From: Mobula birostris
Lineage: Eukaryota
Reading direction: 5' to 3'
DNA length: 64,000 nt
Assembly: GCF_030028105.1 (NCBI RefSeq)
Contig: NC_092377.1
Coordinates: 53,756,952-53,820,951, forward strand
Every line of letters begins with the position of its first letter. Positions within the stretch are counted from its first letter, which is position 1. The notes under the pieces are model-generated. The model did no database searches, was not told the origin of the DNA, and worked only from the letters and a program-made list of their open reading frames with translations. Positions 51,336 through 62,658 of this stretch are shown here, piece by piece. The position numbers and the translations under genes were made by a program.

Positions 51336-53164
51336 GTAAGTTGGGAAAGGTGTTGCCTTTTTCTTCATTGGCCACACAGACATTGCTTATCCATGTTTAC
51401 AATCATATTCATTAAGGTCTTTTCTGCAGGACAATCTAACATCAGGGAGAGAAAATAGTTGCTGAGATTGATGGTGGTTACGACGAGGAGGAAAAGGAAA
51501 ATGATAAAAATTTCTACCAACCAGAATAAAAATGATTAATATCGATAAGGCAAAAATTGCTGAAGACCAGAAGTTAGTGGATTCTTAAAAGACTTGATAG
51601 AATTGATTTTCTTTTATTTTCTTACAATCAATTTGGGGAACTATGTGAGAGTATTATAGAACTAGATGATTCACAGACTCAAGGAAATTACATTCTAACA
51701 AGAAACACAGAGGAGATCAACTGCAGGTTTGCAGTTACAACATTTGTATGCTCACAGAAAAAAAAGCAACACAACTTGATAAACATAATGAAGTTAATTA
51801 TCTGAGACTATATGCTAACTAACATTTGTGACTTTGAGTAAATTGCTTTCAGTTTTTAAAAATTGTAGGAAACCTTTGCTTCAAAAAGAGCATCATATTG
51901 ATAGCCACGTCCAATAGTGACTTCTTCATGGAAGTACGTGACCGTACTGTGGAATAGTCAGTAGGTATTACAGAAAGATCATACTGGTGTTTGTTCAGTA
52001 TACCTCAGAACACAATCCACTGCATGTGAACCATACAGTGTTTTCGTGATTGCCCTTAAACTATCCAGTACAAGTCCTATAATTGGAATTGTTCTGTATT
52101 TGTCCAGGAAGCAGATTATACCAGACATTTGAGTGTCACTCAAGTCACTCATAGGAGACAGTTTCATGCTCCCCAAGCAGAAGCTCCAGACATGCAGCCA
52201 GCAGGAGTGTCTGCTCACAATCAAGTTGCATAAGAGAAGGAGTGCCTTAATGGAACTGAAGTCCTGTACCCTGAGAGCTGACAACTACATCACCCAATAC
52301 TGATCTTCATATTATACCTTTGAGATTGCAGAAGAAATGAACATCAGATGAAAAAATTTAAATGCCTTGATCACTTATGAATTTCTTGTATTGAAAGAGA
52401 ATGAACACATTTTAACAGAATGACACTGTAAATAAAGACTCTTATTCAGATTTTCTTTTGTAATTAGTTAATTTGGTCTTGCATACTGAAATAGTGCTAA
52501 GAATATCTGATTGCCTTGTATGCTGCAGGATAGATAGCTTTAGAAAGTCATTTATGAGAGTATGTAGGAGGAGGAGTCATGGTTGTGACAGCAATGGTAG
52601 AGACTCCACTCAATTGATAATTTGAATTCTGATTGCTCTTGCAGCTGTCTTTCAGAAACTTCAAAAGTGATGGCAGTTCAAGCATTCTTCTGCTTCCAAG
52701 GAAGCTCGTGGATTCACTATGTATAGATAACAATATTGTGTGTGCCACAAAGATTTATACCTATGGAAAAAAAAGAGTTTATTACAAAGACCTACTCTCC
52801 TATAAAAGCACTGAAAAGTAAATGCTCATGTTTGATCAAATAGGCTTATTGTTTCATAATAAGCACAGATGTTTGAGTTGTTGATCATTTTTAGCCTGTT
52901 CTATTTTTAGTTAGGATTAGTTTAATGTTACCTGGATGTCATCTATTCACATTGGAGAATTTAGAAGCAGTAAAGTTAACCAATTACACCTAAGCTTTGT
53001 GATATTGCCAAACTGGATGAATGCCCCAAATCTTCTGTTGAAACGATTATTGGAAAATGCTTGCCAAGACAACATTCTGCATGTACTAGTGGTAAACATA
53101 ATTGAATTTACATGTCAGTTTCACAGCCAAAACTGCCCAACTAACTCATCTTGACTGATACTGA

Positions 53165-54095
53165 TATGGAAATAGGCCCTTCTGTCAAAGCAACTTGTCT
53201 CAACCAAGAAGCCTTCCTGAGCTCGTACCAAATGCTTGTATGTTGGCCATATCCCATTAAACACTTCCTATCCTTGTACCTGTCCAAATGTATCTGCCGT
53301 TTGCTCCATACATCTGTGTGACAAACCTGCATTTCAGTTGCACTTTAAATCCTTCTCCTCTGACCTGGGAAAAATAGCATGACCATCTCATCTTACCTAT
53401 GTCCCTCATGATTTAACAAATCTCAGCAAGGTCACCCTTCACCTTCCTTTCATCTCATGAAAACAATCCAGCCTGTGTAGTCTCTCTTTATAACTGAAGC
53501 TCGCCAGTCCCAGCAACATACCTGTGAATCTTTTTCTGTCCCCTTTCTAGCTGAGTCACATCCTTCAAATTGACTGTTGACAAGAATAGCACACAATATT
53601 TCAAGTTTGGCCTCACCAGTATTGTGTTCAACTGCAACAGTACATTCCATTTCCTGTACTCAGGTTCTAACGCAGTTCCTAACCCATCTGATGAACACAA
53701 GCATACTCAACATGAACTCCCTGTGTTGCCACTTTCAGGGAAATATTTCCTCTCCTACTATATCTCTCTGCTCTTCAACACACCCAAGGGCCTTGTCATT
53801 CACTATTCTGTATGTGTCCTCCTCTGGGATAACTTCCCAAAATGCAGCACTATGGATTTTTCTGAGTAAAATCCATCTTTCCCAGTTGATCAAGACTCTG
53901 TTGTAGCCTTAGACAATCTTCTTCATTGCCCACCACAACACTAATGCTGTTGTCATCCACAAGCTTTCTATTCTTTCCAATTACATTCCAACCCAAATCA
54001 ATCACATAGGACAAACAATAGGGGACCCAACACCAATCCTTGCAGCACACATTTAGGCATAGGCCTCCAATCTAAAAACAACCCTTTACTATCAT
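53165..54095 (-). mobile_element. Old CR1 LINE
   Basis: LVRPNLKYCVLF and KLVDD-like motifs, CR1 3' UTR at the left end. Confidence 0.75.
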
Positions 54096-54104
54096 CAAGC
54101 AGTG

Positions 54105-54392
54105 GGTAAAGAAGCCTTAAGTCCCACACCACCAGATTCAAGAACTGCTACTTCCCATCAGTTGTGTGGTACTCAAATCAACCAGCAAAACCTTAATCCT
54201 ACAATTTAGCAACTGTACAACCACTTGCACTAGAAAAGACTTTAGTAAAAATTGTGCATAATTTATGTTTCTTTGTGAATGATGCATATATGATATGATG
54301 TGCCTGTGATCCTGCTGCAAGTAAATATTTCATTACACGTGCACATACATGTACTAGTGCATATGACAATAAACTCATTTGATTTTGACCTT
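54105..54392 (+). mobile_element. Rex1-like 3' end
   Basis: CACACCACCAGATTCAAGAACTGCTACTTCCC..ATGACAATAAACT. Confidence 0.7.
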
Positions 54393-54490
54393 GATGGTCT
54401 CCTTCCACAAAGCCAAGTTTATAATCAATTAACACACATCAAAGTTGCTGGTGAACGCAGCAGGTCAGGCAGTATCTCTACGAAGAGGTA

Positions 54491-54526
54491 CAGTCGACGT
54501 TTCGGGCCGAGACCCTTCGTCAGGAC
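54491..54526 (-). ncRNA. Minimal type-I hammerhead ribozyme motif, intact core
   Basis: Minus strand GTC-CTGACGA-A-GGGTCTCGGCCC-GAAAC-GTC-GACTG: CUGANGA and GAAA cores, stem II GGGU/GCCC, palindromic ACGU stem III, GUC cleavage triplet, stem I GUC/GAC. Confidence 0.75.
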
Positions 54527-54735
54527 AAACTGAAGGAAGAGCTAGTAAGAGATTTGAAAGTGGGAGGGGGAGGGGGAGGGGGAGATCCAAAATGATAGGA
54601 GAAGACAGGAGGGGGAGGGATGGAGCCAAGAGCTGGACAGGTGATTGGCAAAAGGGATATGAGAGGATCATGGGACAGGAGGCCCAGGGAAAAGGAACAG
54701 GGGGAGGGGGGGAACCCAGAGGATGGGCAAGGGAT

Positions 54736-54899
54736 NNNNNNNNNNNNNNNNNNNNNNNNNNNNNNNNNNNNNNNNNNNNNNNNNNNNNNNNNNNNNNNNN
54801 NNNNNNNNNNNNNNNNNNNNNNNNNNNNNNNNNNNNNNNNNNNNNNNNNNNNNNNNNNNNNNNNNNNNNNNNNNNNNNNNNNNNNNNNNNNNNNNNNNN
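54736..54899. other. Assembly gap (164 N)
   Basis: Run of N. Confidence 1.
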
Positions 54900-55942
54900 G
54901 GATGGGGTACGAGGGGGAGGTGGGGCATTAGCGGAAGTTAGAGAAGTCAATGTTCATGCCATCAGGTTGGAGGCTACCCAGACGGAATAGAAGGTGTTGT
55001 TCCTCCAACCTGAGTGTGGCTTCATCTTCACAGTAGAGGAGGCCGTGGATAGACATGTCAGAATGGGAATGGGATGTGGAATTAAAATGTGTGGCCACTG
55101 GGAGATCCTGCTTTCTCTGGCAGACAGAGCGTAGATGTTCAGCAAAATAATCTCGCAGTCTGCGTCGGGTCTCGTCAATATATAGAAGGCCACATCGGGA
55201 GCATCGGACGCAGCATATCACCCCAGCCGACTCACAGGTGAAGTGTCGCCTCACCTGGAAGAACTGTCTGGGGCCCTGATTGGTGGTAAGGGAGGAAGTG
55301 TAAGGGCATGTGTAGCACTTGTTCCGCTTACAAGGATAAGTGCCAGGAGGGAGATCAGTGGGGAGGGATGGGGGGGGGGGGGGAAACGAATGGACAAGGG
55401 AGTCGCGTAAGGAGCGATCCCTGCGGAAAGCAGAAGGGGGGGAGGGAAAGATGTGCTTAGTGGTGGGATCCCATTGGAGGTGGCGGATGTGACGGAGAAT
55501 AATATGTTGGACCCGGAGGCTGGTGGGGTGGTAGGTGAGGACCAGGGGAACCCTATTCCTAGTGGGGTGGCGGAAGGATGGAGTGAGAGCAGATGTGCAT
55601 AAAATGGGGGAGATGCATTTGAGAGCAGAGTTGATGGTGGAGGAAGGGAAGCCCCTTTCTTTAAAAAAGGGGGACATCTCCCTCATCCTGGAATGAAAAG
55701 CCTCATCCTGAGAGCAGATGCGGCAGAGACGGACGAATTGTGAGAAGGGGATGGCGTTTTTGCAAGAGACCATGTTAGAACAGGAATATTCCAGATAGCT
55801 GTGAGAGTCAGTAGGCTTATAGTAGACATCTGTGGATAAGCTGTCTCCAGAGATAGGGTAGAAGTCAGTACGCCAGACTACAACAGCACCCCCCTTATTG
55901 GCGGGTTTAATAGTAAGGTTAGTAAAGTTTAATAGTAAGGTT

Positions 55943-57883
55943 GCACTGACCTCTACCTTGCCGAGGTACAGCGACAACTGGCGGATACCACCTCTTATTA
56001 ACCCCTCGATCGTGACCCCACTAAGGAGCACCAGGCCATTGTCTCCCACACCATCACCGACTTTATCCGCTCAGGGGATCTCCCATCCACTGCTACCAAC
56101 CTTATAGTTCCCACACCCCGCACTTCCCATTTCTACCTCCTGCCCAAGATCCACAAACCTGCCTGTCCTGGCAGACCTATTGTCTCAGCTTGCTCCTGCC
56201 CCACCGAACTCGTTTCTGCATACCTTGACATGGTTTTATCCCTCCCTTGTTCAATCCCTTCCTACCTATGTTCGTGACACTTCTCACGCTCTTAAACTTT
56301 TCAATGATTTTAAGTTCCCTGGCCCCCACCACTTTATTTTCACCATGGATGTCCAGTCCCTATATACTTCCATCCCCCATCAGGAAGGCTCCTTTTTGGA
56401 TTCCAGACCTAATCACTTCCCCTCTACCACCACTCTGCTCCGTCTAGCGGAATTAGTCCTTACTCTTAATAATTTCTCCTTTGGCTCCTCCCACTTCCTC
56501 CAAACTACAGGTGCAGCTATAGGCACCCGCATGGGTCCTAGCTATGCCTGCCTTTTTGTTGGGTTTGTGGAACAATCTATGTTCCGTGCCTATTCTGGTA
56601 TCTGTCCCCCGCTTTTCCTTCGCTACATCGATGACTGCATTGGCATTGCTTCCTGCACACATGCTGAGCTCGTTGACTTTATTAACTTTGCCTCCAACTT
56701 TCACCCTGCCCTCGCTTACCTGGACCATTTCCGACACCTCCCTCCCCTTTCTAGATCTTTCTGTCTCTATCTCTGGAGACAGCTTATCCACTGATGTCTA
56801 CTGTAAGCCTACAGACTCTCACAGCTATCTGGACTATTCCTCTTTTCACCCTGTCTCTTGCAAAAATGCCATCCCCTTCTCGCAATTCCTCCGTCTCCGC
56901 CACATCTGAACTCAGGATGGGGCTTTTCATTCCAGGACGAGGGAGATGTCCTCCTTTTTTAAAGAAAGGGGCTTCCCTTCCTCCACCAGCAACTTGCTCT
57001 CAAACGCATCTCCCCCATTGCACGCACATCTGCTCTCATTCCATCCTCCCGCCACACCACTAGGAATAGGGTTCCCCTGGTGCTCACCTACCACTCCACT
57101 AGCCTCCGGGTCCAACATATTATTCTCCGTAACTTCTGCCACCTCCAACGGGATCCCACCACTAAGCACATCTTTCCCTTCCCCCCCTCTCTGCTTTCTG
57201 CAGGGATCACTCCCTACGCGACTCCCTTGTCCATTCGTCCCCCCCATCCCTCCCCACTGATCTCCCTTCTGGCACTTATCCTTGTAAGTGGAACAAGTGC
57301 TACACATGCCCTTACACTTCCTCCCTTACCACCATTCAGGGCCCCAGACAGTCCTTCCAGGTGAGGCGACGCTTCACCTGTGAGTCGGTTGGGGTGAAAT
57401 ACTGCGTCTGGTGCTCCCGATGTGGCCTTCAATATATTGGCGAGACCCAATGCAGACTGGGAGACCGCTTTGCTGAACACCTATGCTCTGTCCGCCAGAG
57501 AAAGCAGGATCTCCCAGTGGCCACACATTTTAATTCAACATCCCATTCCCATTCTGACATGTCTATCCACGGCCTCCTCCAAGGTAAAGATGAAGCCACA
57601 CTCAGGTTGGAGGAACAACACCTTATATTCCGTCTGGGTAGCCTCCAACCTGATGGCATGAACATTGACTTCCCTAACTTCCGCTAATGCCCCACCTCCC
57701 CCTCGTACCCCATCCGTTATTTATTTTTATACAAACATTCTTTCTCCCACTCTCCTTTTTCTCCCTCTGTCCCTCTGATTATACCCCTTGCCCATCCTTT
57801 GGATTCTCCCCCCCTTGTCTTTCTCCCTGGGCCTCCTGTCCCATGATCCTCTCATATCCCTTTTGCCAATCACCTGTCCAGCT
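55943..57883 (+). mobile_element. Neptune-type PLE, right arm of the outer palindrome (RT plus GIY-YIG, frameshifted)
   Basis: YLLPKIHK..GRPIVS, FTMDVQSLYTSIP, GTRMGPSYA, LRYIDDC, LQYIGET. Continues at 59495 after the nested insertion. Confidence 0.93.
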
Positions 57884-57979
57884 AACAACAGGAATTCTGC
57901 AGATGCTGGAAATTCAAGCAACACACATCAAAGTTGCTGGTGAACGCAGCAGGCCAGGCAGCATCTGTAGGAAGAGGTG

Positions 57980-58016
57980 CAGTCGACGTTTCAGGCCGAG
58001 ACCCTTCGTCAGGACT
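57980..58016 (-). ncRNA. Minimal hammerhead ribozyme motif, intact core
   Basis: Minus strand AGTC-CTGACGA-AGGGTCTCGGCCT-GAAAC-GTC-GACTG. Confidence 0.7.
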
Positions 58017-59397
58017 AACTGAAGGAAGAGTGAGTAAGGGATTTGAAAGTTGGAGGAGGAGGGGGAGAGGGAGATCCAAAATGATAGGAGAAGACAGGAG
58101 GGGGAGGGATAGAGCCAAGAGCTGGACAGGTGATAGGCAAAAGGGGATACGAGAGGATCATGGGACAGGAGGTCAGGGAAGAAAGACAAGGGGGGGGGAC
58201 CCAGAGGATGGGCAAGAGGTACATTCAGAGCGACAGAGGGAGAAAAAGGAGAGTGAGAGAAAGAATGTGTGCATAAAAATAAGTAACAGATGGGGTACGA
58301 GGGGGAGGTGGGGCCTTAGCGGAAGTTAGAGAAGTCGATGTTCATGCCATCAGGTTGGAGGCTACCCAGACGGAATATAAGGTGTTGTTCCTCCAATCTG
58401 AGTGTGGCTTCATCTTTACTGTAGAGGAGGCCGTGGATAGACATGTCAGAATGGGAATGGGATGTGGAATTAAAATGTGTGGCCACTGGGAGATCCTGCT
58501 TTCTCTGGTGGACAGAGCGTAGATGTTCAGCAAAGCAGTCTCCCAGTCTGCGTTGGGTCTCGCCAATATATAAAAGGCCACATCGGGAGCACCGGACGCA
58601 GTATATCACCCCAGTCGACTCACAGGTGAAGTGTTGCCTCACTTGGAAGGACTGTTTGGGGCTCTGAATGGTGGTAAGGGAGGAAGTGTAAGGGCATGTG
58701 TAGCACTTGTTCCGCTTACACGGATAAGTGCCAGGAGGGAGATCAGTGGGGAGGGATGGGAGGGACGAATGGACAAGGGAGTTGCGTAGGGAGCGATCCC
58801 TGCGGAATGCAGAGAGAGGGAGGGAGGGAAAGATGTGCTTAGTGGTGGGATCCCGTTGGAGGTGGCGGAAGTTACGGAGAATAATATGTTGGACCCGGAG
58901 GCTGGTGGGGTGGTAGGTGAGGACCAGGGGAACCCTATTCCTAGTGGGGTGGCGGGAGGATGGAGTGAGAGCAGATGTACGTGCCACGGCCTCCTCTACT
59001 GTAAAGATGAAGCCACACTCAGGTTGGAGGAACAACGCCTTATATTCCGTCTGGGTAGCCTCCAACCTGATGGCATGAACATCGACTTCTCTAACTTCCG
59101 CTAAGGCCCCACCTCCCCCTCGTACCCCATCCGTTACTTATTTTTATGCACACATTCTTTCTCTCACTCTCCTTTTTCTCCCTCTGTCCCTCTGAATGTA
59201 CCTCTTGCCCATCCTCTGGGTCCCCCCCCCTTGTCTTTCTTCCCAGACCTCCTGTCCCATGATCCTCTCGTATCCCCTTTTGCCTATCACCTGTCCAGCT
59301 CTTGGCTCCATCCCTCCCCCTCCTGTCTTCTCCTATCATTTTGGATCTCCCCCTCCCCCTCCAATTTTCAGATCCCTTACTCACTCTTCCTTCAGTT

Positions 59398-59434
59398 AGT
59401 CCTGACGAAGGGTCTCTGCCTGAAACGTCGACTG
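59398..59434 (+). ncRNA. Minimal hammerhead ribozyme motif, intact core
   Basis: AGTC-CTGACGA-AGGGTCTCTGCCT-GAAAC-GTC-GACTG. Confidence 0.65.
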
Positions 59435-59494
59435 CACCTCTTCCTACAGCTGCTGCCTGTCCTGCTGCGTTCACCAGCAACTTTGATGTGTGTT

Positions 59495-59736
59495 ACCTGT
59501 CCAGCTCTTGGCTCCATCCCTCCACTTCCTGTCTTCTCCTATCACTTTGGATCTCCCCCTCCCCCTCCCACTTTCAAATCTCTTACTAACTCTTCCTTCA
59601 GTTAGTCCTGACAAAGGGTCTCGGCGGGTAACGTCGACTGTACCTCTTCCTAGAGATCCTGCCTGGCCTGCTGCATTCACCAGCAACTTTGATGTGTGTT
59701 GCTTGAATTTCCAGCAACTGCAGAATTCCTGTTGTT
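59495..59736 (+). mobile_element. 3' remainder of the outer PLE right arm
   Basis: Continues the terminal repeat from the TSD. Hammerhead at 59604-59640 is degenerate (CTGACAA..GTAAC). Ends GCAGAATTCCTGTTGTT. Confidence 0.88.
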
Positions 59737-61127
59737 TGCATAAAACTCCCTGCTTTGCTTTCTTCTTTTAAAACACTTCCACTTTTCCACAAATTGAGTA
59801 ATTTGCTTCCTTATGTGACATGACGCCTTTTTTTAAATGCACCTGCAATGCCCCTTTTTATCTTCTTTAGTGCAAAGATAATGCATAAGTGCCAGCTGTC
59901 TTTATTTAGAATGTACATGCATGTCAGGATAGTCAATAAATAAATGCAAAATTTAAAAAATCAATTGCCAAAGAGCAGTAAGGTGTTGCAAAAATGTGAT
60001 TTTTTTTTAGAAATAACAAGCATGCACAGCAACAGTTCAAAGAACGTGGCCACACGGGGGAGGAGGGGGATGGAATGGAATGGTGAGATAATAATCACGA
60101 GGGAGATTGGAGGTAAGTGGGAAGTGGAACAATAAGCAGACAAACTAAATTAGAAAGGATATAAACAGGGAGATAAGTGTAGGGTAGAGAACAATAAACA
60201 AAGACTTCGGTGTATATTGGGTAGGCAGAGGATGTAACTCACAAAGAAAATATAAGCCTAGTAATAAAACAAGTTGTAGAATGATAGGGTAGACACTTTT
60301 AAGCATGGAAAATGACAAAGAAGGAAATATATAGACCAATTTTAATTCCTTTGTTCTATGAAAATTGGGCAGAAAATTAGTTAAAATGAGTGAGTGATTT
60401 TATGAATCTGCTCCAGCACAGACTGTGTGACTACAAAGGAAAAATAAAAGGATAAGCTCTACAATGTCTAGATGAAAAATTGATGCATGTCCAAATGGAG
60501 AATTAATACTGCCTTCTCATGCAGGACAAGTGTAGGAGTAACACAAAAAAAAATTGACCCTTCCCAACCTTGAGCTTTAGCCCCACTTAATTCTGTATTA
60601 CTGATCAGGAAACTTCAATAAAATGTGTAAAAAATTGACAGCAAAATATTATATTAAGTAATATTGTCAGATAACACAATCAACTCATAGGAATGATCTC
60701 CTAGAGCATGACATGAAATGAATGTTGGCATTAACAATGCAAAACAAACATGATCTTTCTGCTTGTAACAGAACAAAATAATTTACCGATTTTTGAAATT
60801 GTTTTCTACCTCAGTTTTTCAACCGAAGCTCCAAAATGTGTTCTTCACAAACACTACACATTTCTGCAACTTTACAAAACAGATGATAAGAAGAGCGTAA
60901 TGGAAAATGCAACAGCAATTTAGAATGTTTTTCTATATTAAGGGAGCTTTTTAAATGCAAATTATTCATCCTGTTAAACATACCATCTACGTGCAGTGTA
61001 CTGTGCAGCTTCTCTATTCATGTTATTACCCATTGCTACTTAAGATTTGCCTATACTTATTGCCCTATTTAAGAGCACATTGATATCTTCCTTTCCTTTA
61101 TCTGCCACCAATAGCTATCCTACGGCT

Positions 61128-62190
61128 ACATACAAAACGCTGTAAGAAATCATCAGGTCAGGCAGCATCCGTGGAAATTAATAGATAGTCCATGCTTCAG
61201 ACAGAGACCCTTCTTCAGGACTGAAGAGGGAGGGAAAGGAGGATAGCTAGAAGGTGATAGATAAAGCAAGTGTGTACTAAAGGTCAAGAGTCGGAGGAGT
61301 GGACCATAGGAGAAAGAGACGGAGGAGGTGTCCCGAAGTAATAGGCAGGTGGGAAGAGGTAACATGTCAGAGCAGGAAATGGGGGGGGGGGGTCATAAGA
61401 TCTGTTTACTGGAAGGGGAAATCAATATTCATGCCGTTAAGTTGCAGGGTATTCAGATGGAATATGAGGTACCTAATCACCCTGAGGGTGGCCTCAACTT
61501 GGTACAAGAGGCGGCCATTGAACGAGAATGGGAATGGGAATTTAAATGTTTGGCCACCAGGAAGTCCCACTTGTGATGAATAGTGCAGAGGTGCTTGATC
61601 TAGTAGTCCCCTAATATATGACAGGTCTCACCCATGTAGAGGATGCTGCATTATCAATGCAATAGATGACCCCAGCAAACTTGCAGGTGAAGTGTTGCTT
61701 GACCTGGAAGAACTGCTTGGGGCCCTGAATGGAGGTGAGGGAGGAGCTGTATGGGTAAGTATAGCACTAAGGCCACTTGCAGAGATAAGTGTTAGGAAGG
61801 AGAGCAGTGGGGAGGGGCAAATGGACAAGGGAATCACAGAGGAAGCGATCCCTGCAGAAAGTAGAAGGAGAGGGGAGGTAAAGATATCTTTAGTGGTAGG
61901 ATCCCTTGAAAATTGTGGAAGTCATGGAGGGTAAAGTGTTGGATATGGAGGATGATAGGGTGGTAGGTAAGGACAAGAGGAACTCTATTACTATTAAGGC
62001 AGCAAGAAGATGGGGTGAGCACGCATGTACAGGAAATGGAGGAGGAGATGAGGGTGAGGGGCATCATCGATGTTGGGGGAAGGGAAACTCTGTTCTTTAA
62101 AGAAGGAAGACACTTTTTGATGTCCTAGAATGGAAAGCGAAATCCTGGCAACAGATGCGGCAGAGGCAATAAAACTGAGAAAAGGGCTCG
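61128..62190 (-). mobile_element. Older, diverged Neptune-type PLE fragment
   Basis: NRVPLVLTYHP and SSFFKEQSFPS, decayed GIY-YIG region, degenerate hammerhead at ~61186-61222. Confidence 0.8.
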
Positions 62191-62658
62191 ACTCCATCAA
62201 TTATCCGCACACAGCAGTATGAACTGCTATTTTTTTCAGGGTCCTTAATTGGCATTTTAAGTGCCTAGCTGTCATTATCAATGGATCACTCAAATGATAT
62301 GGCCAACAGCAGGAATCAGAAGACTAAAGCATAGAATAGCAGGGAAGAATTCACATGACAAAAAAATCAAGAGACATTGGTAATAATTAACACCATAGCT
62401 TCCTTCAATACTGTGACTGCAAGACTGATAATGCATTGAAGGATGCAGACACAATGAGAAAATATCTTACAAGTAATCTTGCGTTGTTCAGAAATCAATT
62501 ATTTGCATTTCAATGATAATTATCATAATAAGTACTTTATTGATCCCATAATTAAATCAAATCCATAGCACATCAGCTCATTGGACATGATTCTCATTCA
62601 ACCAGCACTAATCCAGGTTCAAGCACACCCAACATTGGTGAGGCTGTCAAAGTATCCA

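Larger units (their letters stand above)
54431..55942 (-). mobile_element. Neptune-type PLE, left arm of the outer palindrome
   Basis: NLTIKPANKGGAVVVW joined across a deletion to TDVYYKPT, PCKRNKCYTC linker, GIY-YIG (LYIDET), then terminal repeat with hammerhead. Confidence 0.9.
57884..59494. mobile_element. Nested palindromic PLE insertion (minus arm 57884-58983, plus arm 58984-59494) with 12-bp TSD
   Basis: Flanked by ACCTGTCCAGCT at 57872-57883 and 59495-59506. Both arms share diagnostic bases that differ from the host copy. Confidence 0.88.

Noticed and set aside
54928-56049. 373-aa ORF as an intact PLE or host gene
   Set aside because: It crosses the palindrome junction. The N-terminus is antisense PLE sequence and the RT core is deleted.
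55943-57687. Autonomous active Penelope element
   Set aside because: 5'-truncated, with in-frame stops and several frameshifts in RT and linker.
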